Shown here: positions 16,673-25,106 of the stretch, piece by piece | Position numbering within the stretch: the stretch's first letter is position 1 | How the letters are laid out: each line of letters opens with the position of its first letter | Origin: Pseudomonadota bacterium | Lineage (GTDB): Bacteria; Desulfobacterota; QYQD01 | Reading direction: 5' to 3' | DNA length: 49,446 nucleotides | NCBI GenBank assembly: GCA_011046395.1 | Contig: DSAQ01000131.1 | Span: forward strand, 1-49,446 | Notes under the pieces: generated by a model | What the model was told of the DNA's origin: nothing | Database searches by the model: none | What the model saw: only the letters and a program-made list of their open reading frames with translations | Position numbers and translations under genes: made by a program

Positions 16673-17455
16673 ATGATTACTGTAAATGATCTAGAAAATT
16701 ATACACCAGGTGGCACAACCACAATTACGCTTGGTAATCCATATAAAATTGCACCTAGAGATTACCTTAATTTCGCATCCGAAGACTTGAAAGAAAAAAA
16801 GGATAAGCGTTCACTGGTTAATGCCTTGTCAAATGCTAAACGATCCTTACATTTTCAAATCGACTTATTAACAAAAGCATTTGGTATATCCAATCTAGCC
16901 CCAAAAAAACGTCTCGATTTTCCAAGGAAGTTAGAATTTTGTGTGCAGTGCGGGATCGTTGGCCCACAAATACTACGAAAAATGAATCAATTGCGTAACA
17001 CTGTTGAGCACGAGTATTATGTGCCTGAACTTGATGAAGTTAAAGATTTTATTGACATAACAGAGCTCTTTATTGTGGCAACTGATCATATTCTAAAGAA
17101 TTTTCCGAATGATATAGAATTTCGATCTCCAGAGATTGATTTGTTTGGTATCCCAAGAAGAGGCATTGGAATTATCATTAAACCCTATGATGGGAAAATA
17201 ACTATCCACATTAATGACTTTATTACTGAGCCCAAGCCAAGACTAGATAATGCTGAAAACATATATGAAGAATACAAAGAAATATCAAATGGTCTTAAGG
17301 AAGGTGTTCAACTTCCGGATATGTCCGACGAGGAAAGAATAAAATATTATCGTGCAATCTCACGAAAAGTAATATCTAATAAATTGGAATTTTCTGTTAA
17401 TGATGGCAAAGACTATTTTGAATGGGTGTCTTTTGTTTTGAATAAAAGGTATTAG
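16673..17455 (+). CDS. HEPN-domain protein (Rx4H motif) with uncharacterised C-terminal half
   Basis: The helical N-terminal ~150 aa end helix 3 in LRKMNQLRNTVEHEY, an R-x4-H / RN..H.Y motif typical of HEPN RNases. I do not recognise the C-terminal ~110 aa. The ORF is visibly far more AT-rich than its neighbours. Confidence 0.6.
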   Translation: MITVNDLENYTPGGTTTITLGNPYKIAPRDYLNFASEDLKEKKDKRSLVNALSNAKRSLHFQIDLLTKAFGISNLAPKKRLDFPRKLEFCVQCGIVGPQILRKMNQLRNTVEHEYYVPELDEVKDFIDITELFIVATDHILKNFPNDIEFRSPEIDLFGIPRRGIGIIIKPYDGKITIHINDFITEPKPRLDNAENIYEEYKEISNGLKEGVQLPDMSDEERIKYYRAISRKVISNKLEFSVNDGKDYFEWVSFVLNKRY

Positions 17456-17637
17456 CAAATAACAGGTTATCGCACAATCGGGTAGCCGGGGGTGTTTAGC
17501 CCCCAGCCCCCACACCACCTAGCATCCGCCTGCGGCGGACTAGGCGGTTCATGAAGCCTATCGGGCCGTAGCCGGATAGTGAATGTCCACCCACAGTTTT
17601 TTGAGCCATTGATTGGTCATGCCGAAAAGTGATGACC

Positions 17638-17895
17638 CTAGATGCGTAGTTTTAAAAACCTCGCATTTATCGCTACTATCACTGTGCTTAAGGACATGAG
17701 CATCGCGCCCATCGCAGGGCCGAGAAGTATTCCAGCCTTATAAAGGACCCCTGCCGCAAGGACGTGAGAAGGGGACGTAGTCACGTTAATTCCCTTTTCC
17801 AATGCGACATTTTGATAAAAAGTAACGTTAGACATAAAAAACGGAACAGGCCTGTATTGTAAATCGTAAAATAGAATTGACCCCTGCATCGTCAT
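17638..17895 (-). pseudogene. 3-prime remnant of a heavy-metal P1B-type ATPase gene
   Basis: The C-terminal ~65 aa (FYQNVALEKGINV...AAGVLYKAGILLGPAMGAMLMSLSTVIVAINARFLKL) match the last two TM helices of CadA/ZntA/CopA-type ATPases. No upstream P-type domains are present. Confidence 0.6.
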
Positions 17896-17973
17896 TTAGA
17901 AATGCCCCCCTGCCTATCCAAGGCATCCTCCCCTTAGACAAGAGATAGCATTCTAACGTTATGCAGTTATTAT

Positions 17974-18002
17974 TTGACAAATAGTTCAACTTAATGTAAA
18001 GT
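17974..18002 (+). promoter_or_regulatory. Candidate sigma70 promoter giving a leaderless or near-leaderless transcript
   Basis: TTGACA, a 17-nt spacer, then TAAAGT ending 6 nt before ATG 18009. No SD sequence between them. Confidence 0.4.
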
Positions 18003-18008
18003 AGCGGC

Positions 18009-19178
18009 ATGATTAGGCCAAGAGAGATCTATGAAAAGATTAGACCGTATTTCGATTCTCCGGAGGCGATCATTGTTACGGGCATGCGGAGAACCGGCAA
18101 GACTACGCTTCTCCATCTGGTCTTTGACCAAATAAAGTCCAAGAACAAGCTTTTTCTGGATTTAGAAAATCCATTAAACAGAAAATATTTTGAGGAGACT
18201 AATTACGACCGCATAAAGGTGTCCCTTGAGTTCCTGGGAATCGACTTCACCGGCAGACCTTTTATCTTTTTAGATGAGATACAGATGGTAAAAAACCTGC
18301 CGTCTGTGCTCAAATATTTCATCGATCATTACCATGTAAAATTTTTCTTAACCGGCTCAGCCAGCTTCTACCTTAAGAACCTATTTACCGAGTCCCTTGC
18401 CGGAAGAAAGTATATATTTGAGCTTTTCCCTTTAAGCTTCAGGGAATTTCTTCTATTCAAAGAGAGCGCTCTAAGGATACCCGAAACGGCTACAGATATC
18501 ACCCGTCCTATCTATGAGGCGATTAGACCGCTCTATGACGAGTATATTTTATTCGGTGGTTTCCCGGGGGTGGTGTTGAAAAGCAGTGCCGAAGAAAAAA
18601 GGAAGGCACTGGAAGAGATATTCTCCTCCTTTTTTCAACTGGAAATCCTCCAGTTGGGAGATTTCCGCAGAAATGACGTGATTCGTGACTTGATGCTGCT
18701 CCTGATACAACGACTCGGCTCCAGACTGGACATTCAAAGGATTTCCAAGGAATTGGGAATTTCCAGACCTACGCTGAGTGAATACATCTCATTCTTGGAA
18801 GGAACGTACTTTATAAAGAGAATAAGACCATTCAGCAGTGGAAAAGACACTGAGATCAGAAAAATGCCCAAGGTGTACGTGTGTGACACTGGTCTAGCGA
18901 ATCACCTTGCCAGACTGGATCCGGGCAGCCTTTTTGAAAACAGCATCTTTCAAAATCTCGGGCTCAAGGGAGAACTCAACTACTATCAGAAGAAAGGCGG
19001 AACTGAAATAGACTTTATTGTGGACAAAAGCCAGGCTTACGAGGTCAAGGTCAGTCCCCAGGAATCCGACGTTAAAAGACTCAGATCCATGGCCATGGAT
19101 CTAAAATTGGAAGGATTTAAAGTCGTTTCAAAGAACTACAGCGACCTGGAAAACGTTATCTATGGATTCATGTTGTGA
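18009..19178 (+). CDS. AAA+ ATPase with C-terminal DUF4143 / PD-(D/E)xK-like nuclease domain (COG1373 type)
   Basis: Walker A GMRRTGKTT, Walker B FIFLDEIQ, a winged-helix-like middle (ISKELGISRPTLSEYISFLE), and C-terminal GTEIDFIVDKSQAYEVK (D...ExK). Confidence 0.8.
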   Translation: MIRPREIYEKIRPYFDSPEAIIVTGMRRTGKTTLLHLVFDQIKSKNKLFLDLENPLNRKYFEETNYDRIKVSLEFLGIDFTGRPFIFLDEIQMVKNLPSVLKYFIDHYHVKFFLTGSASFYLKNLFTESLAGRKYIFELFPLSFREFLLFKESALRIPETATDITRPIYEAIRPLYDEYILFGGFPGVVLKSSAEEKRKALEEIFSSFFQLEILQLGDFRRNDVIRDLMLLLIQRLGSRLDIQRISKELGISRPTLSEYISFLEGTYFIKRIRPFSSGKDTEIRKMPKVYVCDTGLANHLARLDPGSLFENSIFQNLGLKGELNYYQKKGGTEIDFIVDKSQAYEVKVSPQESDVKRLRSMAMDLKLEGFKVVSKNYSDLENVIYGFML

Positions 19179-19263
19179 CCGCTATGGGCACCGGATAGGA
19201 TCAGCAAGACTCGTGGTTTTTGTGTATTCCGCTGAAACTAACCATTATCCCCCTAACTCTTCT

Positions 19264-19752
19264 TCAGACTTTAAACTCAGCCTTGATCTTGAATAAGCGT
19301 ATGGCGGGAAAGTTGTAGACCTTAACGCCGGTCTTCTCGGTTATCTCTTTCAGTTGCCTTTCGATGGCCTCTTCCGACTCGGCGATAAAGGTAAACCAGA
19401 CATTGAAGGCGTGTCTGCGTAAGTAGTTATGGGTTACTCCCTGGTAAGAGTTTACGACCCTCACAAATTCCTCTAATCTTTCCGGTGGGACCTTGGCCCC
19501 GCAGAGAGTAGTCATATAACCCAGGCGGCGGGAATCAAAATTCGCCCCCAGACGGCGTATGATGCCCCTATCCTGCAAACGCCTAATCCGGTCTAAAACT
19601 TCGGTCTCCGTGAGTTGGAGCCGCTCTCCTATAGTCGCATAGGGACGGGATTCAATCGGAAAATGGGATTGTATCTCGTTTAAAATGGCCCGGTCCCTTT
19701 CATCCATGGAAGGGGTGTCCACCTTCTCCATCACACCAGCCATAAACGTCAT
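19264..19752 (-). CDS. Siroheme decarboxylase subunit (AhbA/AhbB, Lrp/AsnC-like)
   Basis: RDRAILNEIQSHFPIESRPYATIGERL plus a C-terminal NirD-like half. Start placed at the ATGA overlap with the ahbD stop (19752); the ORF track extends to 19806. Confidence 0.75.
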   Translation of the reverse strand: MTFMAGVMEKVDTPSMDERDRAILNEIQSHFPIESRPYATIGERLQLTETEVLDRIRRLQDRGIIRRLGANFDSRRLGYMTTLCGAKVPPERLEEFVRVVNSYQGVTHNYLRRHAFNVWFTFIAESEEAIERQLKEITEKTGVKVYNFPAIRLFKIKAEFKV

Positions 19753-20888
19753 CTTTGCCCTTTGGCCAGGGCCTCTTTTTTCATTTTCAGGGGTTGATAG
19801 GTACAAAGGGGTTCTTCAGCCAGGTAATCACCGGACATCTCATGGGCCCGGGCCCTGCATCCACCACAGAAACGATGATATTCACATGCACCGCACTTGC
19901 CTTTGTACATCTTGGGATTGCGCAGATTAAGGAAAACCGGCGATTCCCTCCATATACGAGAAAGAGGCATCTCGCGCACCGAGCCACAGTTTATCTCTAA
20001 ATAACCGCAAGGCTGAACATCTCCCCGATGTGAGACAAAACAGAAGCCAACACCTCCCAGACATCCGCGGGTCACGGCATCCAGTCCGTGGGACTGGAAG
20101 GTTACCTCTTTTCCTTCCGCCCTGGCCCGCTGCCTCAGGATACGGTAATAGTGCGGGGCACAGGTGGCCTTGAGATGTAGAGGAACCTTATCCTTTTGCT
20201 CATAAAACCAGTTCAGGGTCTCTTCATATTCGGCGGCGGAAAGGGCCTGGTCAGCCAAGTCCTTGCCCCGTCCGGTGGGAACCAGGAGAAAGATATGATG
20301 AGCTACCGCCCCGAGTGATACGGTGAGTTCCTGTATGGCCGGCAGTTCATGGACGTTTGTCTCGGTAATCGTGGTATTAATCTGAAATTCTAAACCGGCC
20401 TGCTTCGCCTCTTTTATGCCCTGAAGCGCGCCCTTAAAGGCCCCCTCTACCTGACGGAATTTATCATGGCTTTCGGCCGTCGCCCCATCAATACTTATAC
20501 TCAGCCTCTTTATTCCGGCGTCCACCATAGAGCGCGCGATTTCCGGCGTGATAAGGGTGCCGTTGGTGGCCATGACCATACGCAGGCCCTTGTCCGTACC
20601 GTATCGGGCCAGCTCGAAAATATCCTCACGCAGGAGGGGCTCGCCACCGGTCATGATCATGACCGGCTGGGCATGGGCAGCGATGTCGTCAATAATCTTC
20701 TTGCACTCTTCCGTGGATAATTCGTTTTCATAAGGCCCGCGGGTTGCGGACGCCCGGCAGTGGACACAAGAGAGGTTACAGTTCCTTGTCAATTCCCACG
20801 CTACCAGGCGAAGCGTCGGCCCGTCCTGCCCCTGTGGAGGACCACTATGGGCATGTGAAGGATGGCCATGGGGATGATTCGGTTTCAT
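19749..20888 (-). CDS. ahbD: Radical SAM/SPASM haem synthase AhbD (NirJ2-like)
   Basis: CNLSCVHC radical SAM cluster and a Cys-rich SPASM C-terminus ([13 protein letters not shown]). The position next to hemB and the AsnC-like gene mirrors the Desulfovibrio ahb locus as I recall it. Confidence 0.7.
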   Translation of the reverse strand: MKPNHPHGHPSHAHSGPPQGQDGPTLRLVAWELTRNCNLSCVHCRASATRGPYENELSTEECKKIIDDIAAHAQPVMIMTGGEPLLREDIFELARYGTDKGLRMVMATNGTLITPEIARSMVDAGIKRLSISIDGATAESHDKFRQVEGAFKGALQGIKEAKQAGLEFQINTTITETNVHELPAIQELTVSLGAVAHHIFLLVPTGRGKDLADQALSAAEYEETLNWFYEQKDKVPLHLKATCAPHYYRILRQRARAEGKEVTFQSHGLDAVTRGCLGGVGFCFVSHRGDVQPCGYLEINCGSVREMPLSRIWRESPVFLNLRNPKMYKGKCGACEYHRFCGGCRARAHEMSGDYLAEEPLCTYQPLKMKKEALAKGQR

Positions 20889-21859
20889 CTACGCAATAAC
20901 CTCGCTGCATCTTTGGCATAATAAGTGATGATAATATCTGCTCCGGCCCGTCTGATACTAAGGAGACATTCCATCATGACCCGTTCTTCATCCAGCCAGC
21001 CCATCTTGGCCGCCGCCTTTACCATGGCATACTCGCCGCTGACCTGATAAGCGGCAATGGGATGGTCAAATTCCTCCCGCAAACGAGAGATGATATCCAG
21101 ATAAGGCAGGGCCGGTTTAACCATGAGGATGTCAGCGCCTTCCTCCATATCCAGGGTGGCCTCACGCAGGGCCTCGCGGCTGTTGGCGGGGTCCATCTGA
21201 TACGAACGCCGATCTCCGAACTGTGGGGCACACTCCGCCGCCTCGCGGAAAGGCCCGTAAAAACTGGAGGCATACTTAACCGCATAGGACATAATGGGTA
21301 TGTGTTCAAGGCCATCTTCATCCAGGGTCTCACGGATCTCAGCCACCCGGCCGTCCATCATATCCGAAGGCGCAACCATGTCCGCCCCGGCCCGGGCATG
21401 GGAAAGGGCTACCCTGCCCAGTATCTCCAGGGTGGCATCATTGTCGATCTCGCCCCCGGAGACAAAACCACAGTGGCCGTGACTCGTGTATTCACAGAGG
21501 CAGACATCCGTGATAACCAGAAGGTCTTTATCTAATGACTTTATCTCAGCGATAGCCCTTTGCACAATGCCATCTTTAGCATAGGCCCGGGAGGCTATCT
21601 CGTCCTTCTTCTCCGGGATACCGAAAAGAAGAACGGCCTTAAGGCCGACTTCTTTAATCTCCTTAAGCTCAGCCTTCAACTGATCGATTGAGAGTTGAAA
21701 ACACCCGGGCATAGAAGGAATCTCTTTCTTAATCTTTCTTCCCGGCACAACAAAAAGGGGATAGACAAACTGATCAGGCGCAAGCTGTGTCTCCCGAATC
21801 AGGGCACGGAAATTTTCATTCCGACGCATACGACGCGGGCGATAATCCGGAAATAGCAT
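20885..21859 (-). CDS. hemB: Porphobilinogen synthase (delta-aminolevulinate dehydratase), Zn type
   Basis: Full-length HemB similarity. Zn-binding [14 protein letters not shown]. Active-site Lys regions ([10 protein letters not shown]). Confidence 0.93.
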   Translation of the reverse strand: MLFPDYRPRRMRRNENFRALIRETQLAPDQFVYPLFVVPGRKIKKEIPSMPGCFQLSIDQLKAELKEIKEVGLKAVLLFGIPEKKDEIASRAYAKDGIVQRAIAEIKSLDKDLLVITDVCLCEYTSHGHCGFVSGGEIDNDATLEILGRVALSHARAGADMVAPSDMMDGRVAEIRETLDEDGLEHIPIMSYAVKYASSFYGPFREAAECAPQFGDRRSYQMDPANSREALREATLDMEEGADILMVKPALPYLDIISRLREEFDHPIAAYQVSGEYAMVKAAAKMGWLDEERVMMECLLSIRRAGADIIITYYAKDAARLLRR

Positions 21860-21861
21860 CT

Positions 21862-23055
21862 CTAAGCCTCCTCGGCAATCCCGATTTCTTTATCCGTCAG
21901 ATAACAAGCCGGGTCCGGCGCCCAGATATCCCCGGTGACGGCCTCAGCCCTTACCCGGAAATTCCCGGCACAGATATCCAGCCACTTACATCGGGCACAG
22001 CGGCCCTTGACATGGGCCTTCTTATTCTTAAGGGCCGCCATAAGCGGGTTTGACAGATCCGTCCATATCTCGCTAAACGGACGTTGACGGACATTGCCAA
22101 ATGAGTAATATCTCCAGAATTGATCCGCATGGACGCTGCCGTCCCAGCTTATACAGCCAATACCCCGGCCGGAATTATTTCCCTCGTTCATTTTAAGTAA
22201 TTCCAGGACCTCCGCAGCCCGGGGTGAATTCTCCTTTACCATACGCAGATAGACATAAGGGCCGTCGGCATGGTTATCCACCGTCAGCACCTCTTTTGGC
22301 TTACCGCGGCGATGCAAGTCGGCAGTACGATCAATGATAATATCCACTACCCGCCGGGTTTCTTCGTGAGCAAGGTCTTCTTCGACCAGTTTACTGCCCC
22401 GTCCCGCATAAACCAGATGATAAAAACAGATCCGCGGAACTTCTTCCCGTTCTAATAGGCCAAAAATGGCCGGTATCTCGGCGACATTAAGCTTATTAAT
22501 GGTAAACCTTAAACCCACCTTAATACCAGCTTCCTGGCAATTTCTAATACCCCTCATGGCCCCAGCAAAGGCCCCCTTAACCCCACGAAAATGGTCATTG
22601 ACCTCTTCCATACCATCCAGACTTATACCCACATAAGAAAGGCCGATCTTCTTCAATACCTTGGCCATGTCTTTGCTGATAAGCGTACCATTTGTAGAAA
22701 CTACGGCCCGCATGCCTTTTTCCACGGCGTAAGCCGCAAGCTCAGGCAGATCCGGACGCATAAAAGGCTCGCCGCCGGAGAAAAGAAGGACCGGACTGCC
22801 GAACTGGCTTAGATCATCGATCAGTTTTTTCCCTTCGGCCGTGGAGAGTTCATCCGGCGCGCCCACACTGTCCGCCTGGGCATAACAATGCACACACTTT
22901 AAGTTACAACGCCGGGTGGCATTCCAGACCACCACCGGCTTTTTGTCTGCCGAAAACTGGAGAAGGTGCGAGGGCAGCTTCCCGGAGTGTCTGCCATAGC
23001 GCAAGGCGTCAGACGGCTCCACCGTACCGCAATAAAGTTTAGATATACCGATCAT
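21862..23055 (-). CDS. ahbC: Radical SAM Fe-coproporphyrin synthase AhbC (NirJ1-like)
   Basis: N-terminal [28 protein letters not shown] radical SAM motif, and C-terminal [14 protein letters not shown]. Confidence 0.7.
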   Translation of the reverse strand: MIGISKLYCGTVEPSDALRYGRHSGKLPSHLLQFSADKKPVVVWNATRRCNLKCVHCYAQADSVGAPDELSTAEGKKLIDDLSQFGSPVLLFSGGEPFMRPDLPELAAYAVEKGMRAVVSTNGTLISKDMAKVLKKIGLSYVGISLDGMEEVNDHFRGVKGAFAGAMRGIRNCQEAGIKVGLRFTINKLNVAEIPAIFGLLEREEVPRICFYHLVYAGRGSKLVEEDLAHEETRRVVDIIIDRTADLHRRGKPKEVLTVDNHADGPYVYLRMVKENSPRAAEVLELLKMNEGNNSGRGIGCISWDGSVHADQFWRYYSFGNVRQRPFSEIWTDLSNPLMAALKNKKAHVKGRCARCKWLDICAGNFRVRAEAVTGDIWAPDPACYLTDKEIGIAEEA

Positions 23056-23090
23056 GTTTTTCTAAATGCTCCTTCGTTTTAAAAAATTTA

Positions 23091-23170
23091 CCACAGAGTC
23101 CACGGAGAAAATTAGCTTTCAGCTATCAGTATTCTGACTCCTGTATTCTGGCTTCTGTCTCCTGTATTTT
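23091..23170. repeat. CCACAGAG-type 17-mer followed by a 7-nt-periodic TCWGNNT array
   Basis: ccacagagtccacggag, then ttagctt/tcagcta/tcagtat/tctgact/cctgtat/tctggct/tctgtct/cctgtat. Confidence 0.55.
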
Positions 23171-23176
23171 TTTGCC

Positions 23177-24967
23177 CTATTTTGAGGAATTACCAAAAGA
23201 ATTATCAAGGGCCTCCTTGATCAGATGGCTGATAAACCCTTCCGGGGTGGACACCGCCTCGGTGGGAAGATGAAAAACGTTTTGCCCGGTCCTATCCTGA
23301 ATTATTTTCAAGGCATACTTGTATGATTCGGTCAAGTTGTTACAAACAACATAAGCCGTGCTGCCTTCCTGCCAGGCCTGTCCAATTATCTGGTCAATGG
23401 CCTCATCTTCAAAAATGATCTTTATGCCATATTTATCCAGAAAAGTGGCTTCATAATCTTTTATTTCCTCAGTTATAAACAGAAGCTCTTCTAAAGAAGC
23501 CTGTATATCAATATCTTTGGTCAAACATAACTCGGCCAGATACCGCAGCCTGAACGGGGTGACAGATAGCCCGCGGTTGTCAAAGATTTCTTTTTGACGT
23601 TTCACTATGGTTGATTTTATAATATCTAATTCCCTCTTCCAGGCCCGATGGTAACGTTCGATATAGACTGGATCATCCGGGTTGGCAAGAAAACGATCCA
23701 ACTCCGCAACCGGGTTCTCTACTATCTCCTGAGTGACAACTAAGGAACGAATCGAGGTTGAAGGCAGCACCTTTTCAAACCCTAAAAGGATCTGCTCTAC
23801 GACTCTAGACAATCCACGCGCCCCCGTCTTCTCTGCATAGGCTTTCTCAGCTAAGACATGTAATGCCTCATCTTCAAATGTTATGTCTATACCATAGGCC
23901 TTAAAATCGTGCTTTTTACCTTTTATCACCGGGCAGCGCGGGTTCTTGAGGATATTGTACAGGTCCTCCACGTGTAATTCCTCGAAAACCGCTACTACAG
24001 GCAATCGGCCCACAAACTCTGACTCGAACCCGTATTCAATAAGGTCTTCCGCCTTAACATGGCGCAAATAATCGACCCTGTCACTCTTGGAAGTAATCGG
24101 CGCGCCGAAACCGATTCCCTGATGAGTCAGGCGCTTCTTAATAATATCCGCCAGATCGTTAAAGGCGCCACTCACTATGAAAAGGATATTCCTGGTGTTA
24201 ACCGTCCTTTTTTCCCGTTTGCCGGTCTTCCGATAACGCTCTATGGCCTCAAGCTGGGCGATAGGATCGTGGGGAACCCGGAGGTCTACGTCTGTTTCTT
24301 CCATCGGCTTCAGAAGGGCGCGCTGAACCCCGGTGCGTGAGACATCCGGGCCTAAATGCTGGGCGCTGGAGGCAATTTTATCTATCTCATCGATATAAAT
24401 AATACCATACTGGGCCAGCTCCATATCCCCGCCCGCCTCCTGCACAAGGTCACGAACCAAGTCTTCCACATCACCGCCCACGTAACCGGTCTCGCTGAAC
24501 TTAGTCGCATCGCCCTTAACAAAAGGCACGCCGAGCTTCTTAGCAATCAGCTTTATCATGTAGGTCTTACCTACACCGGTCGGTCCGATCATAATGATGT
24601 TATTCTTGATCTGCCCCACCTCCGTATCTCTCTTATGCTCCAGTGCATACTTAATACGGCTGAAGTGGGTGCAGACCTTGGTGGCCAGGATAGCCTTGGC
24701 CTCATCCTGTTTGATTATATATTCATCCAGGTAGGCCTCAAGCTCTTTAGGTTTGATATTAAAATTTAGAATAATATCCCTACCCCTTAAGGTCTTCTTG
24801 CCCCCGGATTCAGATGGGCCCGGTTTGGGAAAGACAACCGGCGAGAGAATACGCACCTTATCCCCATATTTTTTGGACAGATATTCCGTCAGCTCCTTTT
24901 CTAACTCCTTCTGGTCAGGAACCTTATTATATTCTTTATCGTTATTATATTCTTTATCGTTTCCCAT
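23177..24967 (-). CDS. ClpX-family AAA+ ATPase paralogue lacking the zinc-binding domain, with a C-terminal extension
   Basis: Walker A GPTGVGKT, pore loop GYVG, Walker B IIYIDEIDK, IGF-like loop GIGFGA, sensor-2 GARGL. No Cys in the N-terminus. About 180 extra C-terminal aa. Confidence 0.8.
   Translation of the reverse strand: MGNDKEYNNDKEYNKVPDQKELEKELTEYLSKKYGDKVRILSPVVFPKPGPSESGGKKTLRGRDIILNFNIKPKELEAYLDEYIIKQDEAKAILATKVCTHFSRIKYALEHKRDTEVGQIKNNIIMIGPTGVGKTYMIKLIAKKLGVPFVKGDATKFSETGYVGGDVEDLVRDLVQEAGGDMELAQYGIIYIDEIDKIASSAQHLGPDVSRTGVQRALLKPMEETDVDLRVPHDPIAQLEAIERYRKTGKREKRTVNTRNILFIVSGAFNDLADIIKKRLTHQGIGFGAPITSKSDRVDYLRHVKAEDLIEYGFESEFVGRLPVVAVFEELHVEDLYNILKNPRCPVIKGKKHDFKAYGIDITFEDEALHVLAEKAYAEKTGARGLSRVVEQILLGFEKVLPSTSIRSLVVTQEIVENPVAELDRFLANPDDPVYIERYHRAWKRELDIIKSTIVKRQKEIFDNRGLSVTPFRLRYLAELCLTKDIDIQASLEELLFITEEIKDYEATFLDKYGIKIIFEDEAIDQIIGQAWQEGSTAYVVCNNLTESYKYALKIIQDRTGQNVFHLPTEAVSTPEGFISHLIKEALDNSFGNSSK
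24924..24961 (-). repeat. Perfect 18-bp tandem duplication at the 5-prime end of the ClpX-like gene
   Basis: attatattctttatcgtt occurs twice on the plus strand, encoding NDKEYN-NDKEYN directly after the start codon. Confidence 0.9.
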
Positions 24968-25106
24968 TTTTAAATTACCAGGTCTTATACAAAATCTGTT
25001 ATGTTTATAAATATAGTCACTACGTGCCCATATTTCAAATTATTTTTTGCTTCCGCCTGCTCCCTGATTTTTTAAACCGTCCGGGGAGAGGATAGCGATC
25101 TCTTTG

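Noticed and set aside
17828-18010. 60-aa minus-strand ORF between the ATPase remnant and the AAA+ gene
   Set aside because: It overlaps the predicted promoter of the AAA+ gene. No SD and no recognisable motif.
25015-25030. Possible sigma54 promoter (minus strand TGGGCAC-N5-GACT) upstream of the ClpX-like gene, next to a sigma54 activator gene
   Set aside because: The -12 element does not match TTGC and the -24 spacing is off. Other spacers near ntrYX also lacked a TGGCAC-N5-TTGC site.
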